Shown here: positions 26,601 to 39,740 of the stretch, one piece after another
How positions within the stretch are numbered: position 1 is the stretch's first letter
Layout of the letters: every line of letters starts with the position of its first letter
Assembly (NCBI RefSeq): GCF_006345805.1
Contig: NC_042997.1
Location: forward strand, 6,200,001-6,264,000
Reading direction: 5' to 3'
DNA from: Octopus sinensis
Lineage: Eukaryota
DNA length: 64,000 nucleotides
Translations under genes and position numbers: made by a program
Notes under the pieces: model-generated
What the model saw: the letters and a program-made list of their open reading frames with translations, nothing else
Told to the model about the DNA's origin: nothing
Databases searched by the model: none

Positions 26601-28307
26601 AAACTTGTATCCTACACTTTCTTCTTTGCCTGTTAACGATTATTCATTCAAGCAGTGGCACTCTCGAAAGACATGTTTCCTGAAGTATTCCATTTTTATT
26701 ATTATTGTTTGATGCATTTGTGTCTATGCATATTCGCAGCAAGGCTTCCGTACTACTTCGTTGTTGATCATAATCATAGTTATAAGAATGACAGCTGTCT
26801 GTCTTCATTAACTATATTGCTATTCTGCCCTCTGTTAACACTTATCGCTTTGTTAATTGAATTTTGAAAAAATGAAAATCTAAAAGCAAAAATAAGAGAA
26901 AAAAGACGTAAATTTTTTCCTGTTAATGCCAGCGTTTGAAAACAGAAATACCGCACGATATCCAGTTATATCCGATTCTCTTCTGAATACAAATCCTATA
27001 TTGGTCGGAAATGCATCTCGCCTGTCCGACTTCAGTAAATAGACATATTCGATATAAACAGCTTACACTCCTCTACACACAGTCTTTGTTGTCGTGCCAA
27101 TGCTAATGATCGTTGTCATTATCATCATCGTCACCCTCATGATCATGATCATCATCATCATCAACACGTTTTTTACATAGGGATTACAAATACTATTTTA
27201 TGTATAGTGGAACCGAATTAATAAAACTGTCTCATATTTTGCAAATAGCAATTCATTACCACTTAAATAAACAAAATTTCGCCGCATTTGCAAAGAACTG
27301 TACGCTATGTATTTGATAAAATTGTTTTTATGTCCTAATGGAACGGTTATTTGCAGAGGATTGATGTTAACCCTTAACGTGACCGCTTTCCATTTCACAA
27401 AAAGGATATTACACAATTCTCTCGCGGTGAAAAATTTAATTTCAAAGCATATCAAATCAGTCTCTTTACGTCAACATAAAATTTATTCGAGATCAGAATT
27501 CACATTGCTATTTTCAACTGATATTTCATTAAATCATTTCTTTCAAAAAACAAAATCCAAGATATGTGACAGTGACATTAACAATGCACCTAGTATATTA
27601 CCTAGAAAGAAAAAAAAGAGAGAATGAAAGAAAGATATAGGCATTGTTCCTTTGCACCATCTGTAGTTTGAGCTAGGAGTAATGCTTAAAATAATTTCCT
27701 GTTATTGTAATCCTATTTAATCCGGCAATGTAGAATTATATCTTTTACTGTACACTTTTTTAAATAACAGAGGTATTTGATATGAGAAAGAATTGACTGA
27801 TATAGCTTGGAGGTTGTCTTCATATTATTTGCCACGTTCGCATCAATAAAGTGCTGTAGAAATTGGTACTCAACGATGATTTTCATCATAAATTTTTAAA
27901 CGTCCCAAATAAATATCACAGAAAAATGCAAGCGCATTCAGCTGGTAGATACTGGTACTGTACCACAACAAATTTAGCGTTTTTGATTAATTAAAGTACG
28001 CCTTGGCTCAAAAATCATACATAACAACTCTAATCCCGGAATCACTTATTGTTTTCCAGCAACATCAACAATCATATTTAAATGAGAAGAAATGCGGTCA
28101 CAAGATAGGGTAGAATTAGGCGGTTAGCGCGTCTATTTCATATTGGATTTAGAATATAGATTTAGATGTAATTGATAAATGTGTTTGTAAAAGATATACC
28201 AGAAATAAAATCAGGATTGTCATTGATAGCGTGTACTGCATTACATTAATTGGCGAAAACATTTCATAGGTGATATAAAATCTTCGTATGAAACCATAAA
28301 TAATGAC

Positions 28308-28466
28308 TGAGTGGCTGTGTGGTAAGTAGCGTGCTCACCAACCACATCGTTCAGGGATCAGTCCCACTGCGGGGCATCTTGGGGAAGTGTCTTCTACTGT
28401 ACCATCTGGTCGACCAAAGCTTTATGAGTGGATTTCGTAGGCAGAAAATGAGAGTGGCTTGTGGTG

Positions 28467-28467
<1 letters not shown>
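28308..28467 (+). mobile_element. SINE family A, 5' half (matching 3' half at 31205-31420)
   Basis: gagtggctgtgtggtaagtagc...gggatcagtcccactgcggggcatcttgggg.agtgtcttctac...gagtggatttcgtagg. Confidence 0.85.
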
Positions 28468-28529
<62 letters not shown>

Positions 28530-28536
28530 TAGATAT

Positions 28537-28615
<79 letters not shown>

Positions 28616-28636
28616 TATAGATAGATAGATAGATAT

Positions 28637-29217
28637 TAACAAAGACGGTCATCTGAAACACCACATCCGAACATGGGATATCGGGAGACACTTTCCAATA
28701 CCGTTCCAAGAACACACACCAGAAATCACAATAGGACACACCGAAATAACAAGGAACGACTACATAATAACTACCGTCCCAACAACCACAATCATTTTCT
28801 AGACCCAATTCGTAAGCACAGAAACAAAAGGTAGCACCAAACAGACAGGAGGAACCAAAAGTGATAAAGATTATCAATCTAACTCAGACAGAACTAACAG
28901 CAAACAAAACCAATATGCTCTCCAAATGGCTGAAGTTTACACCCAACCCACAACGTCACAAATACAATGAGATAAAAGAAAACTTCGCGGAATTCTATGG
29001 AAAATGACGACTCGCCAAGCAGCTATACGACGCATACAACGAGGACGTATCGTTGGTCCGAAATAGAAGTAACTACACCCCCTTAAAACATAAGAACAAA
29101 ATCCTTGATCATTTCTGTAAACACATCTGGAATTGCCCATATCAACATATGAACAAACAAAAACTGAAAACAAACTTCAGCAAAAAAGAATGGGCTGAGC
29201 TGAACAAATTAAAACAT
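28637..29217 (+). pseudogene. Penelope-like element ORF, N-terminal (pre-RT) fragment
   Basis: Translation KIINLTQTELTANKTNMLSKWLKFTPNP...FAEFYGK*RLAKQ...RNRSNYTP...NFSKKEWAELNKLK matches the PLE pattern INLSxxxLTxxExxxLxKGLxFxPxP...KSxWxP...NLxxxExxALxxL. Truncated before the RT. Confidence 0.7.
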
Positions 29218-29649
29218 GTCACTATTAGGTCAATTAAAAGATTCCAATTTTAGGTCGCTTGACCATTTAACATCCTACTATCATACCACCTCTATTCCTT
29301 TATTATTCTCAATTGTCTTTCCCCTTCTCCTTTTTCTGCTCCTCCTTCTCCTTCTTTTCCTTCATCTCCTTCTTCTCTACCAAGAATTCACAATGACCTC
29401 GAACACACAAGAGTAAACAAGAGGGAGATAGAGCTAGACAGAAAAAAGGAAAATGCCCCTTGTATTTGAATGCTATGCAAATATTCTTTTAGAAAACTTT
29501 TCTTTTAATTTTTTCCAGAATTTCATTTCCATACTTACAGTTGAATATATCTCAATGACTGAAACTGGTACTGAAATATTTTTTATAAAAGTATTCTATA
29601 CATCAACTTGTGCCTCCCTTTTCAACCTTCTACACACACATACACAAAT

Positions 29650-29784
<135 letters not shown>

Positions 29785-29792
29785 TATATATA

Positions 29793-30638
29793 TGTGGTTC
29801 TTGTGTCGTCTCTGTGGTGTTTCATGTTCTTGTCCATGTCTGTAATTATTTTTACTGTTTACCTATATAATCGGCGGCTACGTATCCACAATTGTCCTTA
29901 TACGATAAGTATATTTTTTTCTCTAGCATTGATACGACTCTGAATCTGTCTCTTTTTCTCTCTCTCTCTCCTCCCTTATTCCCCTTCCTTTCTTTCCCTC
30001 TCCATCCGTCTCCCCCCCCTTCTACGTTTCTCTATCTCTCTCACCTCCAGCCCCCTCGATCTGTCTCTTTCTTCTCCTCCCTCGTCCACCTTCTCTCTCT
30101 TTTCATCTGTCCCTTTCTCCTGTCTTTTGTTCTCACGTGACCGCTAGCCGCTGTTGACCGCTCTTTTCGTTTTCAGCAGCCGCAGAAGCAACACGTATTT
30201 GTTCGTCTCCCCGTGGCCATTAGGTACAACTTCACAAGCCAGCCCCATACTCAACTCGTCCTGTCGAAAGACCCTTGTCCTACGTCCTGGTTTTGTTTTG
30301 TTGTTTATTTTTTATTTTTACCGTTATTGTTTTTACGTTTTTGTATTCTTATTGGTGTCACGTATTCTGTATTTTTGTTTGTGTACTTCGTTCGTTTTCC
30401 GTCCTTTCGTTGTATACATTCGAAGCTTTCTTCCAGGGGATCTAATGCGCTTGGCTTAGATTTCCCTTGGCGGGCTGGCCATATCGGAGCAATCTCAAGA
30501 TTAATCAGCCGAAATTGCTAAGATGATCTGGTTCTTGACTGATGACTGAGGGCTTCGAATGTCCCGTCCTGTGGTTCTTGTGTCGTCTCTGTGGTGTTTC
30601 ATGTTCTTGTCCATGTCTGTAATTATTTTTACTGTTTA

Positions 30639-30646
<8 letters not shown>
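29793..30646 (+). mobile_element. 777-bp unit bounded by identical 77-bp direct repeats (PLE pseudo-LTR-like), flanked by (TA)n
   Basis: tgtggttcttgtgtcgtctctgtggtgtttcatgttcttgtccatgtctgtaattatttttactgtttacctatata at 29793-29869 and 30570-30646. Confidence 0.75.
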
Positions 30647-30673
<27 letters not shown>

Positions 30674-30855
30674 GTATTTATACATTATTTATATTTTAGG
30701 GATGCATGTCTTTATCTAGTGTGTTGTTAACACGACGTTTCAGCTGATATACCCTCCAGACTTCTTCAGGTTTCTTGGGGAAATTTTGAACCTGGGTTCT
30801 CATTTCTAAGGTATTCTTCGATTTTGTTGGTGTTATTATTATTATTATTATTATT

Positions 30856-30926
30856 GGGCATATGGCGTAGTGGTTAAGAGCGCGGGCTACTAGCTCAAAA
30901 TTCCAAGTTCGATTCCAGGCAGTGAC
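30856..30926 (+). promoter_or_regulatory. Internal Pol III (tRNA-Ser-like) promoter of a SINE-type element
   Basis: ggcgtagtggttaagagcgcgggctactag...caagttcgattcc: A and B boxes at tRNA-like spacing, no proper acceptor stem. Confidence 0.75.
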
Positions 30927-31057
30927 ATTAATAATAATAATTATTATTATTATTACTATTATTATTATTGCTATTATTATTATTATTATTATTATTATAA
31001 CAACAACACCATCGAAAAATACCTTAGGAATGAGAACCCAGGATAGAAATTTCCTCA

Positions 31058-31104
31058 ACACACCTGATGAATGCAGGAGGGTATATCAGCCGAAACGTTG
31101 CGTT
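31058..31104 (+). ncRNA. Minimal type I hammerhead ribozyme (slightly mutated copy)
   Basis: Two-copy consensus ACAC-CUGAWGA-A-GGCUG-GAGGGUAUAU-CAGCC-GAA-ACGU-(C/U)-GUGU. Confidence 0.65.
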
Positions 31105-31204
31105 AACAACATACAAGATGAGGACAAATAATCGTCAAATGTAAGTAATGTAAATAAGGTACACAATTCCTCACCTCTTAAATATAGAACTGTATACGTA
31201 TATA

Positions 31205-31420
31205 TGTTTGTGTGTGCCTATACTTGTGTGTCTGTGTTTGTTTCCCCTACATCGCCTAACAGCATATTCCGGTGTGTTTACGTCCTTGTAAATTACCGGT
31301 TTGTCGAAATAAACTGATACAATAACTACTAGGCTTATAAGGGGGCAATTTGCTCGACTTAAGTCACTGCTCTGGTATGGCCGCAGTCAAATGACTGAAA
31401 GAAAGAAAAGAAAAGAATAC
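31205..31420 (+). mobile_element. SINE family A, 3' half
   Basis: gtgtgtctgtgtttgtttccc...ggtgtgtttacgtcc...tatggccgcagtcaaatgactgaaag. Confidence 0.8.
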
Positions 31421-31509
31421 ATATATGTGGTTGTATACGTGATGTAAATATATATATATATATATGTGTGTATATATATGTGTGTGTATCTCTCTCTCTC
31501 TTTCTCTCG

Positions 31510-31565
<56 letters not shown>

Positions 31566-31729
31566 ATAGAGAGATAGATATATGGGGATAGATAGACATG
31601 AACATGTCAATATGTATGTATTTTTGTATGTATGTGTGTATGGAAGTATGAGTTGTGTGTGTGGGAATACTAGTGTAAACAGAGCGTGTTTAAGATATGT
31701 TACACTTGTTTGAAATTATTTCTTCCTGT

Positions 31730-31910
31730 TTCTGTTGTAGCTGTGTTTCAAAGGGCCAGCCTTGTCAAACTCTGTTTCACTCTGAATCTACCCGAGAACT
31801 ATGTTAATATTACACATGTCTTTAATTTCCCCGAGCAGACTATTACGTTGATCGGATCAACTGGAACCCACGTCGTCGTAACCGACAGATTGCCACGACG
31901 ATAAGATGAA
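31730..31910 (+). mobile_element. SINE family C, 3' part
   Basis: gttgatcggatcaactggaacccacgtcgtcgtaaccgacag, shared with 57780-57870. Confidence 0.65.
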
Positions 31911-34374
31911 GAGTAGCCCGATATACCTAGGAAGTACTCACCGACGAGGGTTAACATTTTTGATTAATTAGCTGTAAGAAATTAGAAGTAATTTACACTC
32001 CATATCTCATGTTCTAGAGACTAGATAAAATTCTATAGGCATATCACAGCAAGAAAATAGCCATAAATATTTTCCAGAAACCGACCATAAACACCCAGCA
32101 ATAAAGAAAAAATGTGAACACGAAACATGACTTTGAATTCGAGTCAATCTCATCCTTAGTTAACCCAAAATCATTTGGAAAGCTCAAATCAGTAGAGATT
32201 TTGTAGAACTGAAACATAGTTGTGGTTGAAAATAAAGGCTCTACCGACTATAAGGGAAACAATTATTCTGTAAGCTAAGCAATGGAAGATATATTTTAAA
32301 TGTGCCAGCAAAATACATTATACATTAGCATAATACAGTAAGATCAGTTTGGAGGAAGTGAATATGAATGTATAGCTAAAATAACTCACCAACGCAAGTT
32401 AAAAATTCTGATAAATTACTTGGAATTAATTCCCGTACAAGAACAAAAATTTCTTACAAAATCTCCTCCTAAAATGTCCCCAACTAATTTGGAGACAGTA
32501 AACGTAGATTATTTAGTGGATGTCAGATTGTTGTTTCTATAACTGTCTAATCTTCACCGAATCAGATTATGCACATTGTCATGACCAAATAGCTGTTTAT
32601 ATTCATTATTCAATATTGGACCACTAATCATTCATATGAGACATGAAATAAATCACAATAGTCTGGTACACAAATTAACATACTTCGGATTATTGACTTC
32701 GTATTTTGGTATCAAAATTCTATTCATAAATACATCTATACTGCTTTACATCTACACAGTCTATAATTCAGTGAGTGTCCACGTGGATAAAAGCGTTAGT
32801 CTAAATATAAACATACGTGGTTCAAATTAAGTCTGGTACTATACCTACATCCAAAAGAAAAGGCATTGTGTAAATGTAAATATTAAAACTCTTTCATCTT
32901 TTAATATGCGGTTAATAGCTCGAGACGGTAATCATGTTAACATCACAAGGCAAATAATTAATATTTTTCATGGGAAAATCAGAGCTAAATATTCGAATGT
33001 CATTATTCATGATATCACTAAGGGGCAACTGAAATAATTTTTAGTTTACTATTAGATTCTGACAAAAATATATGTGAGAAAAGTTTTCGAAAATATATCA
33101 ATATATTCAAATCTAGAATTAGTAGTATACCAATGTGGGATATTAATACAGCTAATGTGCAGATATAGCGGAAATAATTGGAATAGCTAAACAATAAATA
33201 ATTAATCAAAAATTCATCAATAATTCAGGATACATAATTCAATGGATGCAAATCAAATTCATATCTCTCGACATGCCACACATAAGTAAATTTTTCTTTC
33301 TAAGTTCACGATAATTTGTTTACTTTCTTATATTTCTTTAGTTGCGTCTGTGCAGAAAAAATATAATATCCGATATATATCATGACAGTTCGAGTAAAGC
33401 GATAGTTAAACTTTGCCACGTAATATTTTTAGTATTTAAATATAAAAAAAAGTGAACACTTTGCAATTGAGTCATAAACGACAGAATAAGAAACAATAAC
33501 ACGTATAACATGACAAATATTGAAATTCGTTTATTGAAACATTTGTTTCAATTTTGTATTTTAAATCCATTGCAAACAGTCATGACTCTTATTCGTATCT
33601 GTCGTCCTTTGACATACCTATCTAATTCCCCCACCTGCGCCACACAATTGTTATTATTAGTGTCAGTATTCATCAACATCAGCATAATCGTCAATTGTAT
33701 CATCACCATCAATATTATTATCATACTTGTTGTTACCGCTGATATTATTTACATTCAGTCGAATATTTTTGTCATTTTGCTGAAATTTAATATTGCGTCA
33801 GAAAAATATATTAGCGAATGTGAAATTCCATGCCGATACATTCGTTAATATCTAAGGTAAATATGAACGTCAACATGATTCCGCGTGTGCGCAGCCAAAC
33901 AACAAATGCTTGCAAACAGTGATATAAGAATGTGTGCCTATGTCTAGTTAGGTGTGCATTCTCACCACACAAGTACACATACATGGATGCGTGTCTTAGT
34001 GTTTCTTCAACATGCATTCTATTCATAACATAATATCTGAAATTTTTTTAGTGTTTAACAATTATTTTCGTGTTTACCATCCATCTGGTTTCGTCTATTG
34101 CATTTTTCAGGATTTAGTAATAATTTCCTTTTACTGAGAAGATAAGAAACAAAAAAGGAAAAAGTGTCGTCTTCATCCTTTCGTGTGTATATATATATAT
34201 ATATATATGTAAATGCGTATATATAGGTATACCTGTGTGTGTGTGCGTGATTGTTTGTAAATATATATGTATATACGTATATTATATATATATATATATA
34301 TGCATATATATATATATATTTATATATATATATATGTATATATGCATATATATATTTATATATATATGTATATG

Positions 34375-34435
<61 letters not shown>

Positions 34436-35564
34436 TATATATTATATATATATATATATGCGTGTGTGCGCACATATGCATGCACCCACAGATATATGTT
34501 CGTATACACATAAATATATCGATATAAATGTTTATATTCATATGTACATGTATTTTATATAGATATGTGTTTGTACGTATTTGTATATGTGCGTGTTTTT
34601 GTGTGTATTTATATGCATGTATGCAAGTAGGTATATGTGTCTGTGTTTGTATCCGCTTAATTTTTTTCTTATTTCAAAACACAATAATCTATGTATATAA
34701 TTTAACAATTTATTTTAACAATTTATTTGTGATGTCTACCACTGAGAAGGCAAGTCACGACAAATGGATAACAATGGATAATCGTGATATTTATGCTGGT
34801 TTGTGGAAAGGCACTTAGCATATGAAAGTAAAAAGAAGATTAAAATGCATTTTTATGGGCTCTTGCATCAATAGCAGTAAGTAAATTTCCTGAAGTTGGA
34901 AGTTATTTTCTAACGTTTCCATAGACATATATCTATCATTTTACTGCGCAGTCAGGCCTAGCTACATGTTATTATATTTAATATGATGTATAAATATATC
35001 GTATTTATTTATCTTAGTATGTGTTTGTCTATTAACTCAATTGAAATATTCGAATAGCATGCCATCAACATGGAAATGTAAAATTAAAATAACGACAATT
35101 TTCGACTGCATGTGTTAGATTTTAACGTGGCTCTTATCTGTCAACGTCTCATTATGTTTCTCCTATTTAGTAGGATCACCTAAATAGTTGCTTATCTGGC
35201 AAATGTACTTCAACAAGAGAAAATACAGCGGATATAGTCCGAATAATCTCTCTCACAAGATGTCCATTTTTTTAATTCTATGGATTGGAAAGCATTATCA
35301 TTAAATATGAATAACGTAAATTCGCATCAAAATTTCATTTTACAAATAAACCATATCCATTTAGATTTTAAATTCTTATTCACCTAGTTCTTTCCTACAA
35401 AATATGGAACTAAATTCACGTGGACAATCTCAAAATTATAAGCTTAAATTCAACCGAAATGGTGTGAACTCAGATCCACACATTTACATTAAATCTTATG
35501 AGTGTGTAGACTTTGTTTTCTGTAAAAATTTATCATTAATATTAATAATCAAATTAAGGCGACA

Positions 35565-36330
35565 AAGTGGCAGAATCGTTACCACGCCGGGTGAAGAGCT
35601 TAGCGGCATTTCGTCTGTCTTTATGTTCTGAGTTGAAATTCCGCCGAGGTCGACTTTGCCTTTCCATCTTCCAGTATGAATAAAAATAAGTAGCACTCAA
35701 TTACTGCTGTCGCTATGATTGCATTAAATACTCCACCAAAATTGCTGGCTTTTTCACAAAATCTGAAACCATTATTAGTGTTTAAACTCTCAGGGGACCG
35801 CTTTTCTGTGCTCCGTTCAAATCCTGTTCAAGTTAAATTCGAGTTTATCGGTTTTGGATTCGATAAAATAAACAGAGACTGTCAACTGCATCAATATAAT
35901 AAATAATTTTCTTTCTCAAAGAGGAAACTATTTGAGCACATAAAAATATCAGTTAAATTTTATAGCAGTATATGAGGGCTTGGCCTTACAAAATATTTAG
36001 ATTGTCAGGTGAAATATTTAGACACTCACGTTTTGTTGAAACAACACTGGGGCCAAATTTCCGTTTCTTCTTTCTAAGATCAGGTGGTAGAATCGGTTTT
36101 ATGCCCGTTCGATTCTTCTCTACGTTCTGCAATCAATTTCAAGTAAGGTCAACGTTGACTTTCGTCTTTTCGAGGTCGATCTCAAATAAGCACCTGTCGG
36201 GCACTAAAGTGAATTTAATCGACCTGGCCTCTAATTCAGATATCAGGTTTTCAGCATACAGTAGAATGGCTTATATGAAACTGTGGATCGTTTATAACAA
36301 ATGAATTAATCGACCATAACTATTACCCCG
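35565..36330 (+). mobile_element. Cluster of SINE family B copies and fragments
   Basis: ggcagaatcgttaccacgccggg...gttctgagttgaaattccgccgaggtcgactttgcc, plus further degenerate copies near 35800 and 36100-36200. Confidence 0.75.
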
Positions 36331-36422
36331 AAAATATTGATTTCCACATTTGTTGGAAATCTTATTATCTTGGCGATCATTATTTACATAACGTTAAAAT
36401 ATTGGTTCGAATGTAGCAGTAT

Positions 36423-36506
<84 letters not shown>

Positions 36507-37149
36507 CGTGTGTGCGATTATGTACGTCTGGGAGAGTGTGTATGCGAGGGTATTACAAAATTAAATAGATACTAAATAGTTTTCTACAGATTACACTACG
36601 CAAGTGTTCATAAAAGGAAAAAGCTTAATTTCTCCGTAGCAGTATTTGCTTGTTTTCCAACTAGGACGTCTGTTTACCGACAAGGAGGAGATTGTTATTC
36701 AATATTGATGGAAGATGAAAACAGGCGATGTTGTCTCCCATGATAAAGAAAATGTAAATACAATGCAGTTATTGAACAGATTGACTGTTCACTAGAAGAG
36801 ACGGTGAAAGAATGTTTCGTCTCTTACTGTAAATCAACGGCATCAAAGAATAATGAGATTCCATTGATATATTGAATATAAGTCCAAGGACAATGCAGTT
36901 TATATGAAATAGAAGTTGATATACAAAGGCATGTCCCATCCAAATTATTACTTATCAGAAAACAGTGGACATGTTTATGCTGCAGAAGACAACGCGAAGT
37001 AAAATTGAAGAAATTTACTACATAAGAGAGATCGGAATTTACAATGAAGAAAAGATGGTGAACGTTGATTTGAACATTTTATGGATTAAATAATGACGCT
37101 AAAATTATATTTATGAAAACATCACCTGCAAATCAGTTCGATCATTTTT

Positions 37150-39580
37150 CTGGTAAGAAATATATGGAGAGCAGTCTACTACCTGTCACCTTAGGTGTCA
37201 ACGAGTTTTCAGCAGTCTTTCATGTGATTAGGTCCCTCCTTATAATACTTGCTATACCTAAGAGACAACTATTTCTGTTGGAGTACTAACGGGCATTCTA
37301 TTTCAATCGCCTTCAGCAATTTGTCTACATATTGACTTACTGTTCTCGACGCACCAATTATGAAAGACACGACTATTGCTGTTCACATGCTCCAAATTTT
37401 TCCTATTTCAAATTTCAAGGGATGTTATATTTTTTGCTTTTCTTCCTCTTTCTTTGCGATGCTGGAATGTAACGCGCATGTTGGGTCGATAAGTAAGCAA
37501 CTTCGTTTTCCTAATCTACAATAGTGGTGTCTGGTCACTTATTTTCATGTCTGTTTGAACTGGCAAGACACACAAGATCTTAAATTTCTCCGACTACAGT
37601 ACTCTTTCGACATAATGACTGATTTATTGTTATCATCTTCCCAATAATTTGCATTGCATTTCCTCATCTGTCCTGGTCCTCAACCAAAGACCTTAAGCAT
37701 ATATATATTAGATGGAGAGAAACATCCTGAGACTATGGGCGGGTGATGCCAATACAAGTTTTAGAGATTCATAGATTGTTGGTATCCGAGGAATTATTAT
37801 CATTATTATTAATGACTTTGCACAGCTTCTAACGTGGGAGATGTATTACAGTGTCAGTCCGAAGTCCATTCTGATATCAGCACTGAAGGTATGCACCATA
37901 TCAACGAGAGGACTGACTTGGGCTTCATCTTTACCATAAAGTTTGTTGTCATCTATGAATAACAAATGGTTGACATTTTGGTGGCGGCTTTTGAATTCAT
38001 ACCCAGCTTTTGCTTTCCTCAGAATCAGCGTTAGTGGTAACATGCACAGTTCAAAGATTAAAAGAGACAGAAGAACCTCTTGGAAGATGCCTCTCCTGAT
38101 TTCTACTGTCCCTAAATTTCTTCCGTATGCTGTAAGGTCCATCTTCCAATTCACCATACTTTCTCCAAACAATCGTTCAACATTCGATGCAGTACCAAAT
38201 ATGTTCATACGCACCATAATCCAAGAATCTGTGATCATATCGTACGCCTTACGATAGTCGAAACATGACATGGCTAAGTTAGATTTCCTTATCTTCCAGT
38301 CTCTAAGTACAGTTTTGTCTATCAGGATTTGATCCTTGGTACCTCTGTACTTGCGCTTGCAACACTTCTGCTCATGTGGCAATACTCCATTTCTTCCAAA
38401 TGTTCGTACATTGTCTCTGCGAGTATTCCAGTCAGGAACTTTCACATCAGTAGCAACAGGATATCAGCCTGGAATTATCTTCCTTATTGCCTTTTTTAGA
38501 TGTTTTTCAGTCTGGGCACTGTCCTACACAATGTCATCCATTCTCGTATGCTTTGGACGGTATTTAACAAGGTGTTGAGTTGCGCAGCTATTGGTGCATT
38601 ACATTAAACAAATCATTTGATCCAGTAGTCTTGAATTCCATCTCGTCGCGGGGCATTCCAGTTGTTCATTTTTATGCTGATTTCCTTCACTTCCTTAAGG
38701 GAAATGTCTAGTTATGTCTGTTTAGGACAGATTGCTGTTGGTTTCAGTTCTGTCATCCATTCAGCATCCTTCTTTGCTCCAGATAGCATTCCAAATCCTT
38801 TGTCTTTCAATGTTAGCTGTTATCAACTTTTCATATGTACACTCCCCATATATTTCTTTATAGAATCTCTTCTGATCTACTCTGAATAACCTATTCTGGT
38901 GGTAACCCTTCCTTTTTTGGCTGTAACTTACCATCTCTGCTGCGAGGCGCGGTTTCAGTTTCTCCACTACTACTTTCAGATACTTTCTTTCAATATAGAT
39001 TGTTGGTATCCGAGGAATTATTATCATTATTATTAATGACTTTGCCCAGCTTCTAACGCGGGATTATACTTCCTTTTGAGCGCCCCGTATTTTTGTTCGC
39101 TTTTAAGCTCCCCTTTCTCGTTTCGGTCTAACACTGATTTCCTTCTTGGGCATGTCTAACCCTGCCTGGATTCTTCTTTTCCACCATGATGTTTTCTTTC
39201 GTCTCTCCTATTATGTTTCCTTTCCTTCAAATCAACACCCACGTTTTCTGCTTCAACAATACTTGCTGCCTTGATCAAATTATTTGACTCCGATGTATTT
39301 CAGTATTTCATTGACATGTTTCTTTTCTTGGTTAAATTTCCATCGATCAACAATTTTAAGGTTTCAAATAATGTCGCTATCGTTCTCCTTTAGTCTTAAC
39401 TTTATATCAATCGTAGATTACCTTTTATTCATCTGTCATGTCACCATTAGGTTTATTGTCTTCTTTTGTGATCATCTATGTCTCTCATCAAGTAAACTAC
39501 CACTGTTATTTTCCTCTACTATGGGATTGCTCTTATCAGTAAGAACTGGATTTCCATTGTTATCTCTGCTGCTAATTTCC
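37150..39580 (-). mobile_element. R4/Dong-clade (RLE) non-LTR retrotransposon, 5'-truncated, internally deleted, decayed
   Basis: ORF 37846..38445: [20 protein letters not shown]...DYRKAYDM...RRGIFQ...[14 protein letters not shown]...[10 protein letters not shown]. Upstream HQNRLFRVDQKRFYKE. PD-(D/E)xK RLE remnant at ~37250-37620. (TAA)n at the 5' flank. Confidence 0.88.
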
Positions 39581-39584
39581 ATGT

Positions 39585-39645
39585 ATTATTATTATTATTA
39601 TTAGTACTGTTGTTATTGCTGTTGGTATTATCATTGTTGTTGTTG

Positions 39646-39729
<84 letters not shown>

Positions 39730-39740
39730 CATTATTATTG
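39585..39740. repeat. (ATT)n/(GTT)n microsatellite
   Basis: Direct inspection. Confidence 0.95.

Larger units (their letters stand above)
30680..31195 (+). mobile_element. tRNA-headed element with an HHR-containing tail, preceded by an inverted partial copy of the tail
   Basis: tRNA-like head 30856-30926 (A box tggcgtagtgg, B box gttcgattcc), (AAT/ATT)n linker, body 31005-31195 with HHR at 31058-31104. 30700-30855 is the rc of the body, with HHR at 30729-30776. Confidence 0.8.

Noticed and set aside
30856-30926. Functional tRNA gene
   Set aside because: No closed acceptor stem or poly-T terminator; it runs into a microsatellite and repeat body, so it is a SINE head. The same applies to the heads of families A, B and C.
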